49,698 nucleotides of DNA from an uncultured Alphaproteobacteria bacterium (GCA_903933475.1 CAIZKE010000208.1:1-49698), one strand, 5' to 3'; positions 1-11,844 are shown, counted from the first letter of the stretch. The notes: generated by a model not told the origin, from the sequence alone. Translations and numbers: made by a program.

Positions 1-297
1 CTCGGGCACCGACAGGCACCCCTCCTCGTAGAAGGCGGTCTCATCGGACGCCCAGAGGATCTCGGGATTGACGAAGAAGCGGGGCTCGGGGGGATCGTCC
101 TGCCGGGCCAGGTCCATGACGATCACCTGCCGGGGTACCCCCACCTGGATGGCCGCCAGGCCTATGCCTGGGGCGGCGTACATGGTCTCCAGCATGTCAT
201 CCATCAGCCGGCGCAGGTCGTCATCCACCCGCTCGACGGGGGTGGAGACCTGTTTCAGCACAGGATTGGGGACGGTGAGGATCTCGCGCAGGGCCAT
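1..297 (-). CDS. def: Peptide deformylase (3' end runs off the window)
   Basis: Manual translation from ATG at 297: [21 protein letters not shown]...[19 protein letters not shown]...FVNPEI...EEGCLSVPE. It has the GxGLAAxQ and EGCLS motifs. Absent from the ORF track because it is truncated. Confidence 0.95.
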   Translation of the reverse strand, partial: MALREILTVPNPVLKQVSTPVERVDDDLRRLMDDMLETMYAAPGIGLAAIQVGVPRQVIVMDLARQDDPPEPRFFVNPEILWASDETAFYEEGCLSVPE

Positions 298-330
298 GGC
301 CTTGCCAGTTAGGGACGGGTCCGGGCAGCG

Positions 331-1560
331 TCAAGCCGCGCTGTCGTCGGCGCTGGGTTCGGGACGGGCCAAGGGACGGACGCCAGCCTCGATGTGGGGG
401 AGCTCGGGCATGGGCTTGCCCTCGTGGTCCACGCCCAGGGCCTCGAAGCGCCGGGCCTGGGGCAGGACCCGGCTCTCCAGGGAGCCGACGACCTGGTTGT
501 AGCGCTCCACGGCCTGGGTCAGGGCCTTGCCGACCCCGGCCACGTGGCCACCCATGTCGGAGAGACGCTTGTAGAGTTCCCGGGCGACCCGGGCGATCTC
601 GGCGGCGCCCCGGGCCTGGTCCTCGACCCGCCAGCCGTAGGAGACGGCCTTGCACAGGGCGAAGAGGGTGGTGGGCGTAACCACGACCACCTTCTGCCCC
701 ATGGCCTCGGTCAGGAGGTCGGGCTGGCGGTCGAGGGCGGCGACCAGGAAGCTGTCTCCGGGGATGAACATGGCAACAAAGTCGGCGCTGCCGCCCAGTT
801 CGTCCTGATAGGCCCTGGAGGCCAGGGTGCGGATGTGGTTGCGGACGCTGTCGGCATGGCGGGCCAGGGCGGCCTCACGCTGGGCCTCGTCCGGGGCGTC
901 CTGGGCGTCGAGGAAGGCGCTGATGGAGACCTTGGCGTCGATGACCAGCTCGCCGCCGCCGGGCATGCGGACCACCACGTCGGGCCGCTGGCGACGCTCG
1001 CCTGAGGTGATCGTGACCTGTTCCAGGAAGTCGAACCGGTTTTGCAGGCCCGCCATCTCCAGGACGTTGCGCAAGGTCTGCTCGCCCCAGCGCCCCTGGA
1101 CGCCAACGCCCCGGCGAAGGGCGGCGGTGAGCTTCTGGGTCTCGTCCCGGGCGGCGGTGGAGGCCTGAAGGAGGGCGCCGATCTGCTCGCGCAGGCCACC
1201 GGTCTCCTGGGCCCGGGCCGTCTCCATGTCGGTGACCTGCTTCTGGAACTTCTCGAGGGTGTCGGTCACGGGCTTGAGCTGGCCAGCCAGCTTCTCCTCG
1301 GCCAGCCTCTCGCGCAGCTCGAAGCTCTCGTTGGCGCGGGCGAGGAGCTGGTCGGCGATGGCGCCGGCCGCCTCGGCCTGAAGCAGCTCGGCATTGCGGG
1401 CGGCCATGTCCTCGATGACCTGGACCCGGGCGGCGGTGGCCTGGAGGTCGAAGACCCGCGCCTCGGCGCGATCGGCCCGGCCCCGCTCGAGCACGGCCCA
1501 GACCAGGGCGACGAGGGCCAGGGCGAAACCCAGGAGGGCGATCAGGATCTCGGAGTTCAT
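331..1560 (-). CDS. rmuC: DNA recombination protein RmuC
   Basis: N-terminal TM helix and coiled coil, then QGRWGEQTL, RPDVVVRMP, IDAKVS, DFVAMFIPGD and VTPTTL motifs. Adjacent to def and recR. Confidence 0.92.
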   Translation of the reverse strand: MNSEILIALLGFALALVALVWAVLERGRADRAEARVFDLQATAARVQVIEDMAARNAELLQAEAAGAIADQLLARANESFELRERLAEEKLAGQLKPVTDTLEKFQKQVTDMETARAQETGGLREQIGALLQASTAARDETQKLTAALRRGVGVQGRWGEQTLRNVLEMAGLQNRFDFLEQVTITSGERRQRPDVVVRMPGGGELVIDAKVSISAFLDAQDAPDEAQREAALARHADSVRNHIRTLASRAYQDELGGSADFVAMFIPGDSFLVAALDRQPDLLTEAMGQKVVVVTPTTLFALCKAVSYGWRVEDQARGAAEIARVARELYKRLSDMGGHVAGVGKALTQAVERYNQVVGSLESRVLPQARRFEALGVDHEGKPMPELPHIEAGVRPLARPEPSADDSAA

Positions 1561-1604
1561 GAAGTGTTCCTAGTCCGGAATCACCGGCGTGTCACCGGGT
1601 GCGG

Positions 1605-2207
1605 TCAGGCCGGACGGCGGGCGCGCAGGGCCTGGGCGAGGGTGCCGTCGTCTAGCCAGTCGAGTTCGCCGCCTACGGGAACGCCCCGGGCCAGCAGGGT
1701 GACCTCGGCGCCCGACCCTGACAGCCGCTCGGCCAGGTAGTGGGCGGTGGTCTGGCCGTCCACGGTGGCGGGCAGGGCCAGTATGACCTCGCGTACGCCG
1801 CCGGCGGCGACCCGGGCAACCAGGGCGGCGATCCTGAGGTCGTCGGGACCGACCCCGTCGAGGGCCGAGAGTAGGCCGCCGAGGACGTGGTAGCGCCCGC
1901 GGAAGGTCCCGCCCCGCTCGAGCGCCCAGAGGGAGCCGGCCTCTTCCACCACGCAGACCAGGCCCGCGTCCCGGGTCCCGTCCGAGCAGACCGTGCAGGG
2001 ATCCCGGGTGTCGAGGGCACCACAGGTGGTGCAGGCCCGGACCTTGGCTGCGGCGTCGGCCAGGGCCTCGGCCAGGGGGGTCATCAGCTGCTCTCGGCGC
2101 TTGAGCAGGGTGAGGGCCGCCCGGCGCGCCGAACGGGGCCCCAACCCCGGCAGGCGGGACAGGAGGCTGATCAGCCTTTCGATCTCGGGTCCCGCAGATG
2201 CGGCCAA
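1605..2207 (-). CDS. recR: Recombination mediator RecR
   Basis: [11 protein letters not shown] HhH, CxxC...CxxC zinc finger, Toprim VVEE, and [19 protein letters not shown]. Start placed at TTG 2207, which has GGAGG 8 nt upstream. Confidence 0.95.
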   Translation of the reverse strand: MAASAGPEIERLISLLSRLPGLGPRSARRAALTLLKRREQLMTPLAEALADAAAKVRACTTCGALDTRDPCTVCSDGTRDAGLVCVVEEAGSLWALERGGTFRGRYHVLGGLLSALDGVGPDDLRIAALVARVAAGGVREVILALPATVDGQTTAHYLAERLSGSGAEVTLLARGVPVGGELDWLDDGTLAQALRARRPA

Positions 2208-2299
2208 GGCCCCTGCCTCCCATGGTTCGGAAACGACTTGCAGGGTGCACCCCGAGGGGTGATTCTGTCCAAGCCCGCCCGCCAGACAAGGATGAGGAC

Positions 2300-4015
2300 A
2301 TGGCGCGACCGTCCCGATCAGTTCCACGATCCTCTGCCAAGGACCTCGCGGTCCGCGCCCTCCTGGGCCTCGCCGGGGGCATCGCGGTCTGGGCGGTGAT
2401 CCGCTGGACGCCAGAGACTGAGGGCCTGAAGGCCGTGCGCGGGATCCTGGCGCTGGCCTCGCTCACGCTGCCTGTCGTGCTGCTCGGTGGCTACGGGGCC
2501 CTGCGCCCGCGCACCCTGGCCCTGTGGACACTGGCAGCTGCGGGGGTGTCGGTCCTTGGAGGAATCGGTCGCATGGGTGCGCCGGTGAACGCCAATGTGC
2601 CGCCGGTCCCTGCCGCAGGCACCCTGGTCCTGGCCTGCCTGGCACTGATCATCGGGCATGTCCTCGTCCTGGCCCGGGAAGGCGCCGGACGGGGGAACCC
2701 CTGGCCCCGCCACTTCGCCATCGCCTGGGCCGATGGTGTCCGCGCCGCCCTGTCCGTGGCCCTGGTCGGTGCCCTGTTCGGGCTGGTCGTCCTGGCCTCC
2801 AACCTGTTCGAGCTGATCGGCTTCAAGGCCGTGGGCGGGTTCCTCTCCCGGCTAGGCGTCCTCTGGCCGCTGATGGGCCTGGCCTTCGGACTCGGGGTCC
2901 ATTTCACGGCCGGGCGGGCGGAACTGGCGGCGGGCGCCCGGGCCCTCGGCCTGGGGCTGCTGGCCTGGCTCCTGCCCGTGATGGTCTTCCTGGTGGCTAC
3001 CTTCCTGGGGACCCTGCCCTTCACCGGCCTCAAGCCCCTTTGGGACACCGGTTCGGCTGCAGCCCTGCTCATCGCCGCCTGCATCGGGCTGATCATCCTG
3101 GTCAACGCCGCCGTCCAGGACGAGACCAACCCTGCGAAGATCCCGCGGATCCTCAGGTACGCCGCCCGGCTCGGTGGCCTCCTGATGGCACCCCTGGTGG
3201 TGATCGCCGCGGTGGGGATCTTCCTGCGCATCGACCAGCATGGCTTGTCGCCTGACCGGGTCCGCGCCCTGGCCTGCCTCCTGGTCCTGGCGGTCTTCGC
3301 CGGCGGGCACCTCCTGGCGGCTCTGTCCCGGCGGTCCTGGATCGAGGCCTTCGGCAAGGCGAACCTGACCGGAGTCCTGGCGGCCCTTGTCGCCATCCTG
3401 TTCACCCTCAGCCCGGTCGGGGACCCTGACCGCCTTTCGGTGATGGACCAGATGCGGCGGCTGGCCTCCGGCCAGGTCGCGCTGGACCGCTTCGACTTCG
3501 ACCTCCTGCGGTTCGACACCGGCGAGCTTGGCCGGACGGCCCTGCGAGAACTGGCCGCCCGTCCCGGGGACGCGCCCCGCGACGCGGAGATTCGGCGTGC
3601 GGCCAGCGAGGCCCTGGCGAGCAAGACGCGCAGGGCCGTGCGCGTCGCCCCGCCCGTGGTCATCCCCGTGGGCGCCGCACCCATTCCGGCTGATTTCATC
3701 TCCAGCATGGCCACGATTTACTGCGACAGGGAGCAGCCCTGTGGTGCGATGAGCCTGGATATCACCGATGACGGCAAGGCCGAGGTCCTGTTGCAGCGCG
3801 GAATTTGGCTTGAGGCCTGGACGCCAGACTCGACGGGCTGGCGCAAGCTGGGTGACCTCGGCGTGCCTTGCCCGGTGAACTCGAAGCCCTTCCTTGCCGC
3901 CGACGTCCGCGTCGCGCCGCCCAGGGACAAGGTCCAGGACGTGATGGTGGGCGGGGTGCGGCTGCGCCTCGATCCCGAGCTCGCCGCCTGTCCGCCGGGC
4001 GGGGCGGGGGGCTAG
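2300..4015 (+). CDS. Multi-pass membrane protein, DUF4153-like
   Basis: About 12 hydrophobic segments, [11 protein letters not shown] and [11 protein letters not shown]...FDFDLLRFD motifs, and a soluble C-terminal domain. ATG at 2300 follows GAGGA. Confidence 0.7.
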   Translation: MARPSRSVPRSSAKDLAVRALLGLAGGIAVWAVIRWTPETEGLKAVRGILALASLTLPVVLLGGYGALRPRTLALWTLAAAGVSVLGGIGRMGAPVNANVPPVPAAGTLVLACLALIIGHVLVLAREGAGRGNPWPRHFAIAWADGVRAALSVALVGALFGLVVLASNLFELIGFKAVGGFLSRLGVLWPLMGLAFGLGVHFTAGRAELAAGARALGLGLLAWLLPVMVFLVATFLGTLPFTGLKPLWDTGSAAALLIAACIGLIILVNAAVQDETNPAKIPRILRYAARLGGLLMAPLVVIAAVGIFLRIDQHGLSPDRVRALACLLVLAVFAGGHLLAALSRRSWIEAFGKANLTGVLAALVAILFTLSPVGDPDRLSVMDQMRRLASGQVALDRFDFDLLRFDTGELGRTALRELAARPGDAPRDAEIRRAASEALASKTRRAVRVAPPVVIPVGAAPIPADFISSMATIYCDREQPCGAMSLDITDDGKAEVLLQRGIWLEAWTPDSTGWRKLGDLGVPCPVNSKPFLAADVRVAPPRDKVQDVMVGGVRLRLDPELAACPPGGAGG

Positions 4016-5862
4016 TCCTCCGCCGCGTCTTCCCCCAGGTCGTCGACAAGGGCCGGCTCCGGCGGGGGCAGGTGGCGGATCTGGACGACCTCTGCGCCCG
4101 GAAAGGCCTCGAGCACGGACAGGACGAAGGGGTCCTGGCTGATCTCGGCCCGGGTCTCGCGGCCCTCCCGGGTCTGGCGCTCCCAGAGGCTTTCGGCGCC
4201 CCCGCCGCCCTGGGCGGCCACCAGCCAGGGTTGTCCGGTCCAGGCCTTCAGGCGGCCCACCAGGCGCTGGGCCAGATTGGTGGGCGCGCCGGGCGCGGGC
4301 TCGAACTCCAGGACCCCGGGCCGGAAGCTGACCGGACGGACGAAGCGCTCGACGTCGAGCTTGAGGGCGATGTCCCGTTCGGCGTCGATCAGGGCGATCA
4401 GGTCCTCGAAGGTCTGCAGGACCGGTGTCTGCCGGGCCTCGGCCTGGGGGGCACCCTGGGGCGCGCTCTGGGGGGCCAGGGCTCTCGCCGCCCCGCCCTG
4501 GGTCGTTCCGCCGCCCGTTGATCCGCCGCCTGTCGATCCGCCACCCGTGGATCCGCCGCCGCCGGCCGGCATCTCGCCGTTCCTCAGCAGCTTCAGGGCC
4601 TCTTCAGGCCCGGGCAGGTCGGCGGCGTGGGCCAGGCGGATCAGGGCCATGTCTGTCGCCGCCGCGGGGTCCGGCGCGCGCCCGACCTCATCGTGGGCCT
4701 TGAGCAGCATCTGCCAGAGGCGGGCAAGACTGGGGGCCGAGACGGCGGCGCCGGCCGCGGCGAGGCGGGCGGCCTGATCCTTCGGGAGGGTCAGGGCCTG
4801 GGGGCCAACGGCCCGGGCCACAGAGGCGCCGTGCGCGTGCTCCAGCAGGTCGAGCACGACCTGGGCCGGCTCGGCGCCAAGGGCGTAGAGCTGGCGGAAG
4901 GCGCTGACGGCGCCGCCAGGATCGCCCTTCAGGACATGTTCGAAAAGGTCCAGGGTCCCCGCCCGGTCGGCCAGGCCCAGCATGTCGCGGATCAGGGCAG
5001 CGGGCACGGTCTGCCCGGGGTCGGCCTGGACGATGGCCTGGTCCAGCAGGGACTGGGCGTCCCGCACCGAGCCCTCGGCGGCCCGGGCGATCAGGGTCAG
5101 GCCCTCGGCCTCAACCCGCACCCCCTCGGCCTCGAGGATCATCTGCAGGTTGCGGATGATGTCGTCGGGCTCCACCCGGCGCAGGTCGAACCTCTGGCAG
5201 CGCGAGAGGATGGTGACCGGCACCTTGCGGATCTCGGTGGTGGCGAAGATGAACTTGGCGTGGGGCGGCGGCTCTTCGAGGGTCTTCAGAAGCGCATTGA
5301 AGGCGCCCGTCGAGAGCATGTGCACCTCGTCGATGATGTAGACCTTGTAGCGCGCCTCCACCGGGGCGTAGCGCACCCCGTCCAGGAGGTCGCGCATGTC
5401 GGCGACGCCGGTCCGGCTGGCGGCGTCCAGCTCCAGAACATCCATGTGCCGGCCCTCGATGATGGCGCGGCAGTGCCGGCCCTCGATGGACAGGTCCAGG
5501 CTGGGGGCGTCGACGGAGTCCGTCTGGAAGTTCAGCGCCCGGGCGAGGAGCCGGGCCGTGGTGGTCTTGCCCACCCCCCGCACGCCGGTGAGCATGAAGG
5601 CGTGGGCGATGCGTCCGGCGGCGAAGGCGTTGCGCAGGGTCCGGACCATGGCTTCCTGGCCATAGAGGTCCTCGAAGGTCCGCGGGCGATACTTGCGGGC
5701 GATGACGGTGTAGGCTGCGGAGCCATCGGTCGCGGGCACCCGGGCAGGCATTGGCTCTGGCGTCGCAGTTGGCGCGGGGTCGCCGAACATGTCCGCGGTA
5801 TCGGGATCCCGCTCCGGCGCATCAGGTTCGGGCGTGAGATCTTCGTCGGCCATGGTCGCCAT
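4012..5862 (-). CDS. dnaX: DNA polymerase III subunit gamma/tau
   Basis: ARKYRP, Walker A GVRGVGKTT, IIDEVHMLS and SRC motifs. Start is ATG 5862 or 5853. Confidence 0.96.
   Translation of the reverse strand: MATMADEDLTPEPDAPERDPDTADMFGDPAPTATPEPMPARVPATDGSAAYTVIARKYRPRTFEDLYGQEAMVRTLRNAFAAGRIAHAFMLTGVRGVGKTTTARLLARALNFQTDSVDAPSLDLSIEGRHCRAIIEGRHMDVLELDAASRTGVADMRDLLDGVRYAPVEARYKVYIIDEVHMLSTGAFNALLKTLEEPPPHAKFIFATTEIRKVPVTILSRCQRFDLRRVEPDDIIRNLQMILEAEGVRVEAEGLTLIARAAEGSVRDAQSLLDQAIVQADPGQTVPAALIRDMLGLADRAGTLDLFEHVLKGDPGGAVSAFRQLYALGAEPAQVVLDLLEHAHGASVARAVGPQALTLPKDQAARLAAAGAAVSAPSLARLWQMLLKAHDEVGRAPDPAAATDMALIRLAHAADLPGPEEALKLLRNGEMPAGGGGSTGGGSTGGGSTGGGTTQGGAARALAPQSAPQGAPQAEARQTPVLQTFEDLIALIDAERDIALKLDVERFVRPVSFRPGVLEFEPAPGAPTNLAQRLVGRLKAWTGQPWLVAAQGGGGAESLWERQTREGRETRAEISQDPFVLSVLEAFPGAEVVQIRHLPPPEPALVDDLGEDAAED
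4506..4563 (-). repeat. 15-nt tandem repeat encoding (GGGST)n linker in DnaX
   Basis: Translation reads GGGGSTGGGSTGGGSTGGGTT; GATCCGCC recurs every 15 nt. Confidence 0.85.
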
Positions 5863-5870
5863 GCGGGCTG

Positions 5871-5972
5871 GGTGGAGACCGGACAACGACCCGGAACGTG
5901 ACTCGTTACGGCTGCTTCCTTCCGGACCTGACCGAGTTGGCGAGGCGTCCGCCCGTCGCCGATCTCCATTCC
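5871..5972 (-). ncRNA. ffs: Signal recognition particle RNA (4.5S)
   Basis: The reverse complement contains the SRP helix-8 signature TCAGGTCCGGAAGGAAGCAGC, and the ends (TGGAGATCGG...CCGGTCTCCA) pair. It lies immediately upstream of dnaX. Confidence 0.95.
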
Positions 5973-6041
5973 CTATATCGCGATCCCGGGGCCTCGACGC
6001 AAGCGTGTGCAGAATTCCGCCTGTGGGCTAATATCCGACTC

Positions 6042-6968
6042 ATGTCCCTGAACGCCTTCCAGAACACCTTCGCCGGCAATCCCCTCGATCGCGTCAGCGA
6101 GCACCGCAAGGACGCCGCCTGGCTCGCTGAGCGCCTCGCTTCCGACCAGTCCCTGGGCCTCGTGCTCTGGAACGGGAAGGCCCTTGTTGAGCGGTCCTCC
6201 TCGGGCGGGACCCAGATCGCCTACCTGCCCTCGCGCCTTGTTGAGGACCTGTCCGGCGGCCCCGAGCGGCTCCTGTTCATGGGCCTTTGGCAGGAGACCG
6301 CGGTGTTCGCCGTCGACCTCGAAGGCCCGGCCGATCCCACCGAAGGCCCGCTGCAGGGCATGGGCCGGTTCGAGGACGCCCGGGCCCTGGCCTCGAGCCT
6401 TACGCCGGGCGAGATCGCCATCGTCGGCACGGCCAAGGGCGTCTTCGAATGGCGTCGCAAACATCGCGCCTGTTCCGTCTGCGGCGAACCGACCCGGGCC
6501 GCGGAGGGCGGCTGGAAACGGGAGTGTCCCGCCTGCAGCGCCGATCACTTCCCGAGGACGGACCCGGTGGTCATCATGCTGGCCGTGCATGGCGACCGCT
6601 GCATGCTGGGACGGCAGGCGGCCTGGCCTGCCGGCATGTTCTCGGCCCTCGCAGGGTTTCTTGAGCCCGGAGAGTCCATCGAGGAGGCCTGCGCCCGCGA
6701 GCTCTTCGAGGAGGCGGGCCTTAGGGCGACCTCGGTCCGCTACCATTCCTCCCAGCCCTGGCCCTTCCCCAATTCGCTGATGATCGGCCTGATCGCCGAG
6801 GTGGACAGCGACGAAGCCCAGCCGGACCAGACCGAGCTGTCCGAAGTGCGCTGGTACACGCGGGACGAGGCCCGGGCCCTGCTGGCCGGCGAGATCCGGG
6901 GCAGCTTCGCCCCGCCCGCCATGGCCATTGCCCACCAGCTCATCAAGGCGTGGGCGGAGGCGGCCTAA
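6042..6968 (+). CDS. nudC: NADH pyrophosphatase / NAD-cap decapping enzyme NudC
   Basis: CxxC...CxxC zinc ribbon, FPRTDPVVI, Nudix box GFLEPGESIEEACARELFEEAG, and SQPWPFP. Confidence 0.95.
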   Translation: MSLNAFQNTFAGNPLDRVSEHRKDAAWLAERLASDQSLGLVLWNGKALVERSSSGGTQIAYLPSRLVEDLSGGPERLLFMGLWQETAVFAVDLEGPADPTEGPLQGMGRFEDARALASSLTPGEIAIVGTAKGVFEWRRKHRACSVCGEPTRAAEGGWKRECPACSADHFPRTDPVVIMLAVHGDRCMLGRQAAWPAGMFSALAGFLEPGESIEEACARELFEEAGLRATSVRYHSSQPWPFPNSLMIGLIAEVDSDEAQPDQTELSEVRWYTRDEARALLAGEIRGSFAPPAMAIAHQLIKAWAEAA

Positions 6969-6999
6969 GGCTGCAGGGGCCCGGCTGAACCGCAGCAGA

Positions 7000-7107
7000 C
7001 CCCCTCACCTGGCTTTGCCGGGAGCTCCCCCTTGGGGGAGCAACTGGCTCCGTAATTCCTCCCCCGAGGGGAACGTGGACCGGTGCCTGCGCCGGGGCGG
7101 GGGGGGG
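7000..7107. repeat. Degenerate palindromic intergenic element (CIR/RPE-like)
   Basis: Perfect hairpin GCTCCCCC-TT-GGGGGAGC at 7024-7041 and a second imperfect CTCCCCCGAGGGGAA, between convergent nudC and pheA. Resemblance to Caulobacter intergenic repeats is from memory. Confidence 0.45.
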
Positions 7108-7160
7108 TCAACAGCGCTTCAGCCGACCCCCGAGATCTTCTTTCCGACGGTGTTTGTCCT

Positions 7161-8009
7161 CTATCCCACCTGGGCCCGGTAGGGATCGGCGGGGTAGACG
7201 CCGAGGATTTCGAATCGCTCCGAGAAGAACTGCAGCTCCTCGAAGGCCCGGGCGACGGCGGGGTCTTCGGGACGCCCGTCGATCTCGGAATAGAAGAAGG
7301 TCGCCGTGAAGGCGGCGTTCTCCATGTAGCTTTCCACCTTGGTCATGTTGACGCCGTTGGTGGCGAAGCCGCCGAGGGCCTTGTAGAGGGCCGCCGGCAG
7401 GTTCCGGACCCGGAAGACAAAGCTGGTCACGCAGCGGACGCCAGGCGCCGGCCCCGGGGCGTCGTGGTCTGCGGTCATGACCAGGAAGCGCGTGGTGTTG
7501 TCGTGGGTGTCCTCGATGTCCGCCTGCAGGATTTCGAGGCCATAGAGCCGCGCCGCCAGGGCCGGGGCGATGGCGGCACGGGTCGGGTCCGGATGCTCCG
7601 AGAGCCGGCGGGCCGCCAGGGCGGTGTCGCTGACCGGATCCCGGGACAGGCCAAGATTCGCGATCACCTCCCGGCACTGGGCGAAGGCGATGGGCATGGA
7701 GACCACGGTCTTCAGGTCCTCGAGCCGGACGCCCGGATTGGCCATCAGCTGGAAATGGATGGGCTTGAAGTACTCGCCGATGATCCGCAGGCCCGAGGAC
7801 GGCAGCAGGTGATGGACGTCCGCAACCCGGCCGGCGATGGAATTCTCCACCGGGATCATGCCCAGGCGGCAGTCGCCGGACCGCACGGCCTCGAAAGCCT
7901 CCTCGAAGGTTGCGCAGGGCGCGGGCTCCATGTCGGGGAAGGCGGCCTGGCAGGCTTCGTGGCTGTTGGCCCCAAGCTCTCCCTGGAAGGCGATCCGGTT
8001 GGGGTTCAT
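7161..8009 (-). CDS. pheA: Prephenate dehydratase
   Basis: IAFQGELGANS, PVENSIAG and NTTRF motifs, plus a C-terminal ACT domain (NMTKVESY). Confidence 0.95.
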   Translation of the reverse strand: MNPNRIAFQGELGANSHEACQAAFPDMEPAPCATFEEAFEAVRSGDCRLGMIPVENSIAGRVADVHHLLPSSGLRIIGEYFKPIHFQLMANPGVRLEDLKTVVSMPIAFAQCREVIANLGLSRDPVSDTALAARRLSEHPDPTRAAIAPALAARLYGLEILQADIEDTHDNTTRFLVMTADHDAPGPAPGVRCVTSFVFRVRNLPAALYKALGGFATNGVNMTKVESYMENAAFTATFFYSEIDGRPEDPAVARAFEELQFFSERFEILGVYPADPYRAQVG

Positions 8010-8752
8010 GCCGGGTCTCCCATTCGGCGGGCGTGGGCGCGGGCGCGCTCGAGGTCGGAGGGGTTGTCCACCGAGATCGGCGCTTCGTCCAGTACGGCGG
8101 ACCAGAGGGTCATGCCCAGCTCCAGGGCGCGCAGCTGCTCCAGCCGCTCCCGCCGCTCGAGGGGCGAAGGGGGCGCGGCCGTGAATCGCTCCAGGGCCTG
8201 GCGCCGATAGCCATAGATGCCGTGGTGGATCCAGACCGGACCCTCGCCGTAGAGGACCGAGCGGGTGAAGTAGAGGGCGCGGGCGGAGCGACCGTCCGGC
8301 GCCATGGCGGCGACCACCTTGGGCATGTCCGGGTTCACCCGGTCGCTGGGATCCGATTCGGCGACCATGACGGTGGAGATGTCGGCTTCCGGACGTTCGG
8401 ACAGAAGACCCGCGCAGGCCTGGATGGCTTCGGGGGCGATGAAGGGGATGTCGCCCTGCAGGTTGATGACCACGTCATGGCGGCCGTCGGGATCCAGTAT
8501 CCGGAGGGCGGCCAGGATCCTGTCAGAGCCAGATGGCAGGTCGGGATCGGTGAGGACGGCCCGGCCCCCGGCGGCCTCGACGGCCGCGACGATCTCGGGG
8601 TCGCCCGCCGCCACGGCCACCGGCCCGACGCCTGACGCCTCGGCCTGGCGGACCACACGGACAATCATGGGAAGCCCGCCGATGTCGGCGAGCGGCTTGC
8701 CGGGCAGCCGGGTCGCGGCCAGTCGCGCGGGGATGAGGAGGATCGGTGTCAT
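8006..8752 (-). CDS. kdsB: 3-deoxy-manno-octulosonate cytidylyltransferase
   Basis: IPARLAATRLPGKPL, SGSDR, NLQGD, ERLEQLRAL and SVD motifs. Real start is ATG 8752, not the extended ORF-track start. Confidence 0.93.
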   Translation of the reverse strand: MTPILLIPARLAATRLPGKPLADIGGLPMIVRVVRQAEASGVGPVAVAAGDPEIVAAVEAAGGRAVLTDPDLPSGSDRILAALRILDPDGRHDVVINLQGDIPFIAPEAIQACAGLLSERPEADISTVMVAESDPSDRVNPDMPKVVAAMAPDGRSARALYFTRSVLYGEGPVWIHHGIYGYRRQALERFTAAPPSPLERRERLEQLRALELGMTLWSAVLDEAPISVDNPSDLERARAHARRMGDPA

Positions 8753-8887
8753 GAACCTAGGCTCCGGGCCAACTGTCCGGTTGCGCCAGCGCCGGTAGCG
8801 TGTAAGAGACGCGAACGCAATAAGGGGCGGGAATCCGCCGCAGGACGGGCCTTCTCTCGGGCCTGCCAGGTTTTGGGTTTCGGTGCG

Positions 8888-9523
8888 ATGAGCAATCTTA
8901 CTTTCAACAAGATCGCAGGCGCCGGGCTTGCGACGGCCCTCGCCATCGTCGGGCTTCGGGAAGTGACCACGGGGCTGTTCAGCGCCGAGGCGCCCGCCAA
9001 GCCGGGATACCTCATCGAGGCTACGATCGAAGGCGGCGAAGGTGCAGCGGCCGTCGATGTCATCCCCGATTTCGGAACTGTCATTCCTGTCGCCGACCTC
9101 AAGGCTGGCGAGGCTGTCTTCGCCAAGTGCCAGTCCTGCCACAACGTCGCCAATGGGGGTGCCAACGGCACCGGCCCCAACCTCTGGGGCGTGGTCGGCC
9201 AGAAGCCCGGTTCCCACGCCGGCTTTGCCTATTCCGCCGCCATGACCGATTTCGGCACCAAGCAGGCGGTCTGGGACGACGCGCACATGTACGAGTTCCT
9301 CAAGGCGCCCCAGAAGTACATTTCGGGCACCAAGATGTCCTTCGTCGGCCTGAAGAAGTCCGAGGACCGGGTCAACATGATCGCCTATCTGCGCGCTCAG
9401 GGCGGGACCCTGCCCCTGCCCATCGCGAACCCGGCCGCTGCGGCTCCGGCAGCTGCCGCTCCGGTTGCCGGCGCTGTGCCTGCCGCGCCCGCCGAGACTC
9501 CTGCGGCCAAGCCTGCCGCCTGA
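8888..9523 (+). CDS. Membrane-anchored class I cytochrome c (CycM/cytochrome cy type)
   Basis: N-terminal TM anchor, CQSCH heme motif, GPNLWGVVG, GTKMSF axial Met, and an Ala/Pro-rich tail. Confidence 0.92.
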   Translation: MSNLTFNKIAGAGLATALAIVGLREVTTGLFSAEAPAKPGYLIEATIEGGEGAAAVDVIPDFGTVIPVADLKAGEAVFAKCQSCHNVANGGANGTGPNLWGVVGQKPGSHAGFAYSAAMTDFGTKQAVWDDAHMYEFLKAPQKYISGTKMSFVGLKKSEDRVNMIAYLRAQGGTLPLPIANPAAAAPAAAAPVAGAVPAAPAETPAAKPAA

Positions 9524-9529
9524 GGCCCT

Positions 9530-10386
9530 TCAGGACGCTTCCGGGCGCTGCCTGTCGAGGGGACGCCTGAAGGCGGTGGGTTCACCGCCGCCGGTCCCCG
9601 AAATCCGCTGGATCGCCTCTGCGAGGGGCTCGATGGCTACGGCCATGTGATGGGCATTGGCGTGTACCATCCGCGCGGCGTCCACCATCATGGCCACGTG
9701 GCCCTTCCAGAAGACCAGGTCACCCCGGCGTAGGGCGTCCGGGGAAGCCGCGACGCCCAGGCCCTGCTGGAGGTCGGAATCCCGGGGACAGGCACGCCCG
9801 CAGGCCAGGAGGGCCTGCTGGACCAGTCCCGAACAGTCCAGGCCGCAGCCCTCACGCCCACCCCACAGGTAGGCTGCGCCCAGGTGCGACTCGGCTACAG
9901 CCGCGGGATCGGCCTCGAAGACACCGATCGGCGCCAGGTGGGCCTCTGGCAGCCAAAAGCCAGCGTCGCAGAGGGCCAGCTTCCCCTCCCGGCCGGAAAC
10001 GGCGACCAGGCTGTTCAGGGAGATGGGCCCGACAGGCTCCGACTTGATGCTGGGGCTCCGGAATCCATAGGTCAGCCGGGCCCGGACCCGGTGGGTGGGC
10101 GCAGGTCCTTCCGGCGCCAGGGCGTCGAGGGCGACATGGCCGATGTAGCCGTCCCGGACCGCCTGTCCCCAGGCAAAGCCGTCCCGGATCTCCAGGACAT
10201 CAAACCGCTCTCCGAGGAGCAGCTGGTCCCACTGCTCGGCGCTGGCGTCGGGCTGGCTGCGAACCGCCGTTGCCGGGACTGCGACCTGCATCCGCCTCGG
10301 GCGCACATAGCGTCCGGCGGGCACCAGGCCCTCGAGGCCGGCGGCGGCGAGGTCGCCCCTCGCCGGGGTCAGGCGCGGGTCGGTCC

Positions 10387-10390
<4 letters not shown>
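9530..10390 (-). CDS. NlpC/P60 family peptidase with N-terminal SH3-like domains
   Basis: YLWGG...GLDCSGLV catalytic Cys, GDLVFWKGHV, and HANAH. Confidence 0.9.
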
Positions 10391-11763
<1,373 letters not shown>

Positions 11764-11844
11764 GGCGCACTTCCCTGGACCGGCGTCCGACGGGACGCCC
11801 CCGAATCATTTGGGCCAAAGTGCCTGACGCCGCAACGGGCGGAT

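Noticed and set aside
4012-5862. Programmed -1 frameshift in dnaX giving a gamma subunit
   Set aside because: No A-AAA-AAG or poly-A slippery run was seen in the coding strand.
5898-6041. N-terminal extension of nudC in the ORF track
   Set aside because: It overlaps the SRP RNA gene; the protein-like sequence starts at ATG 6042.
8753-9286. Long N-terminal extension of kdsB
   Set aside because: It is the antisense of the cytochrome c gene; KdsB motifs start right after ATG 8752.
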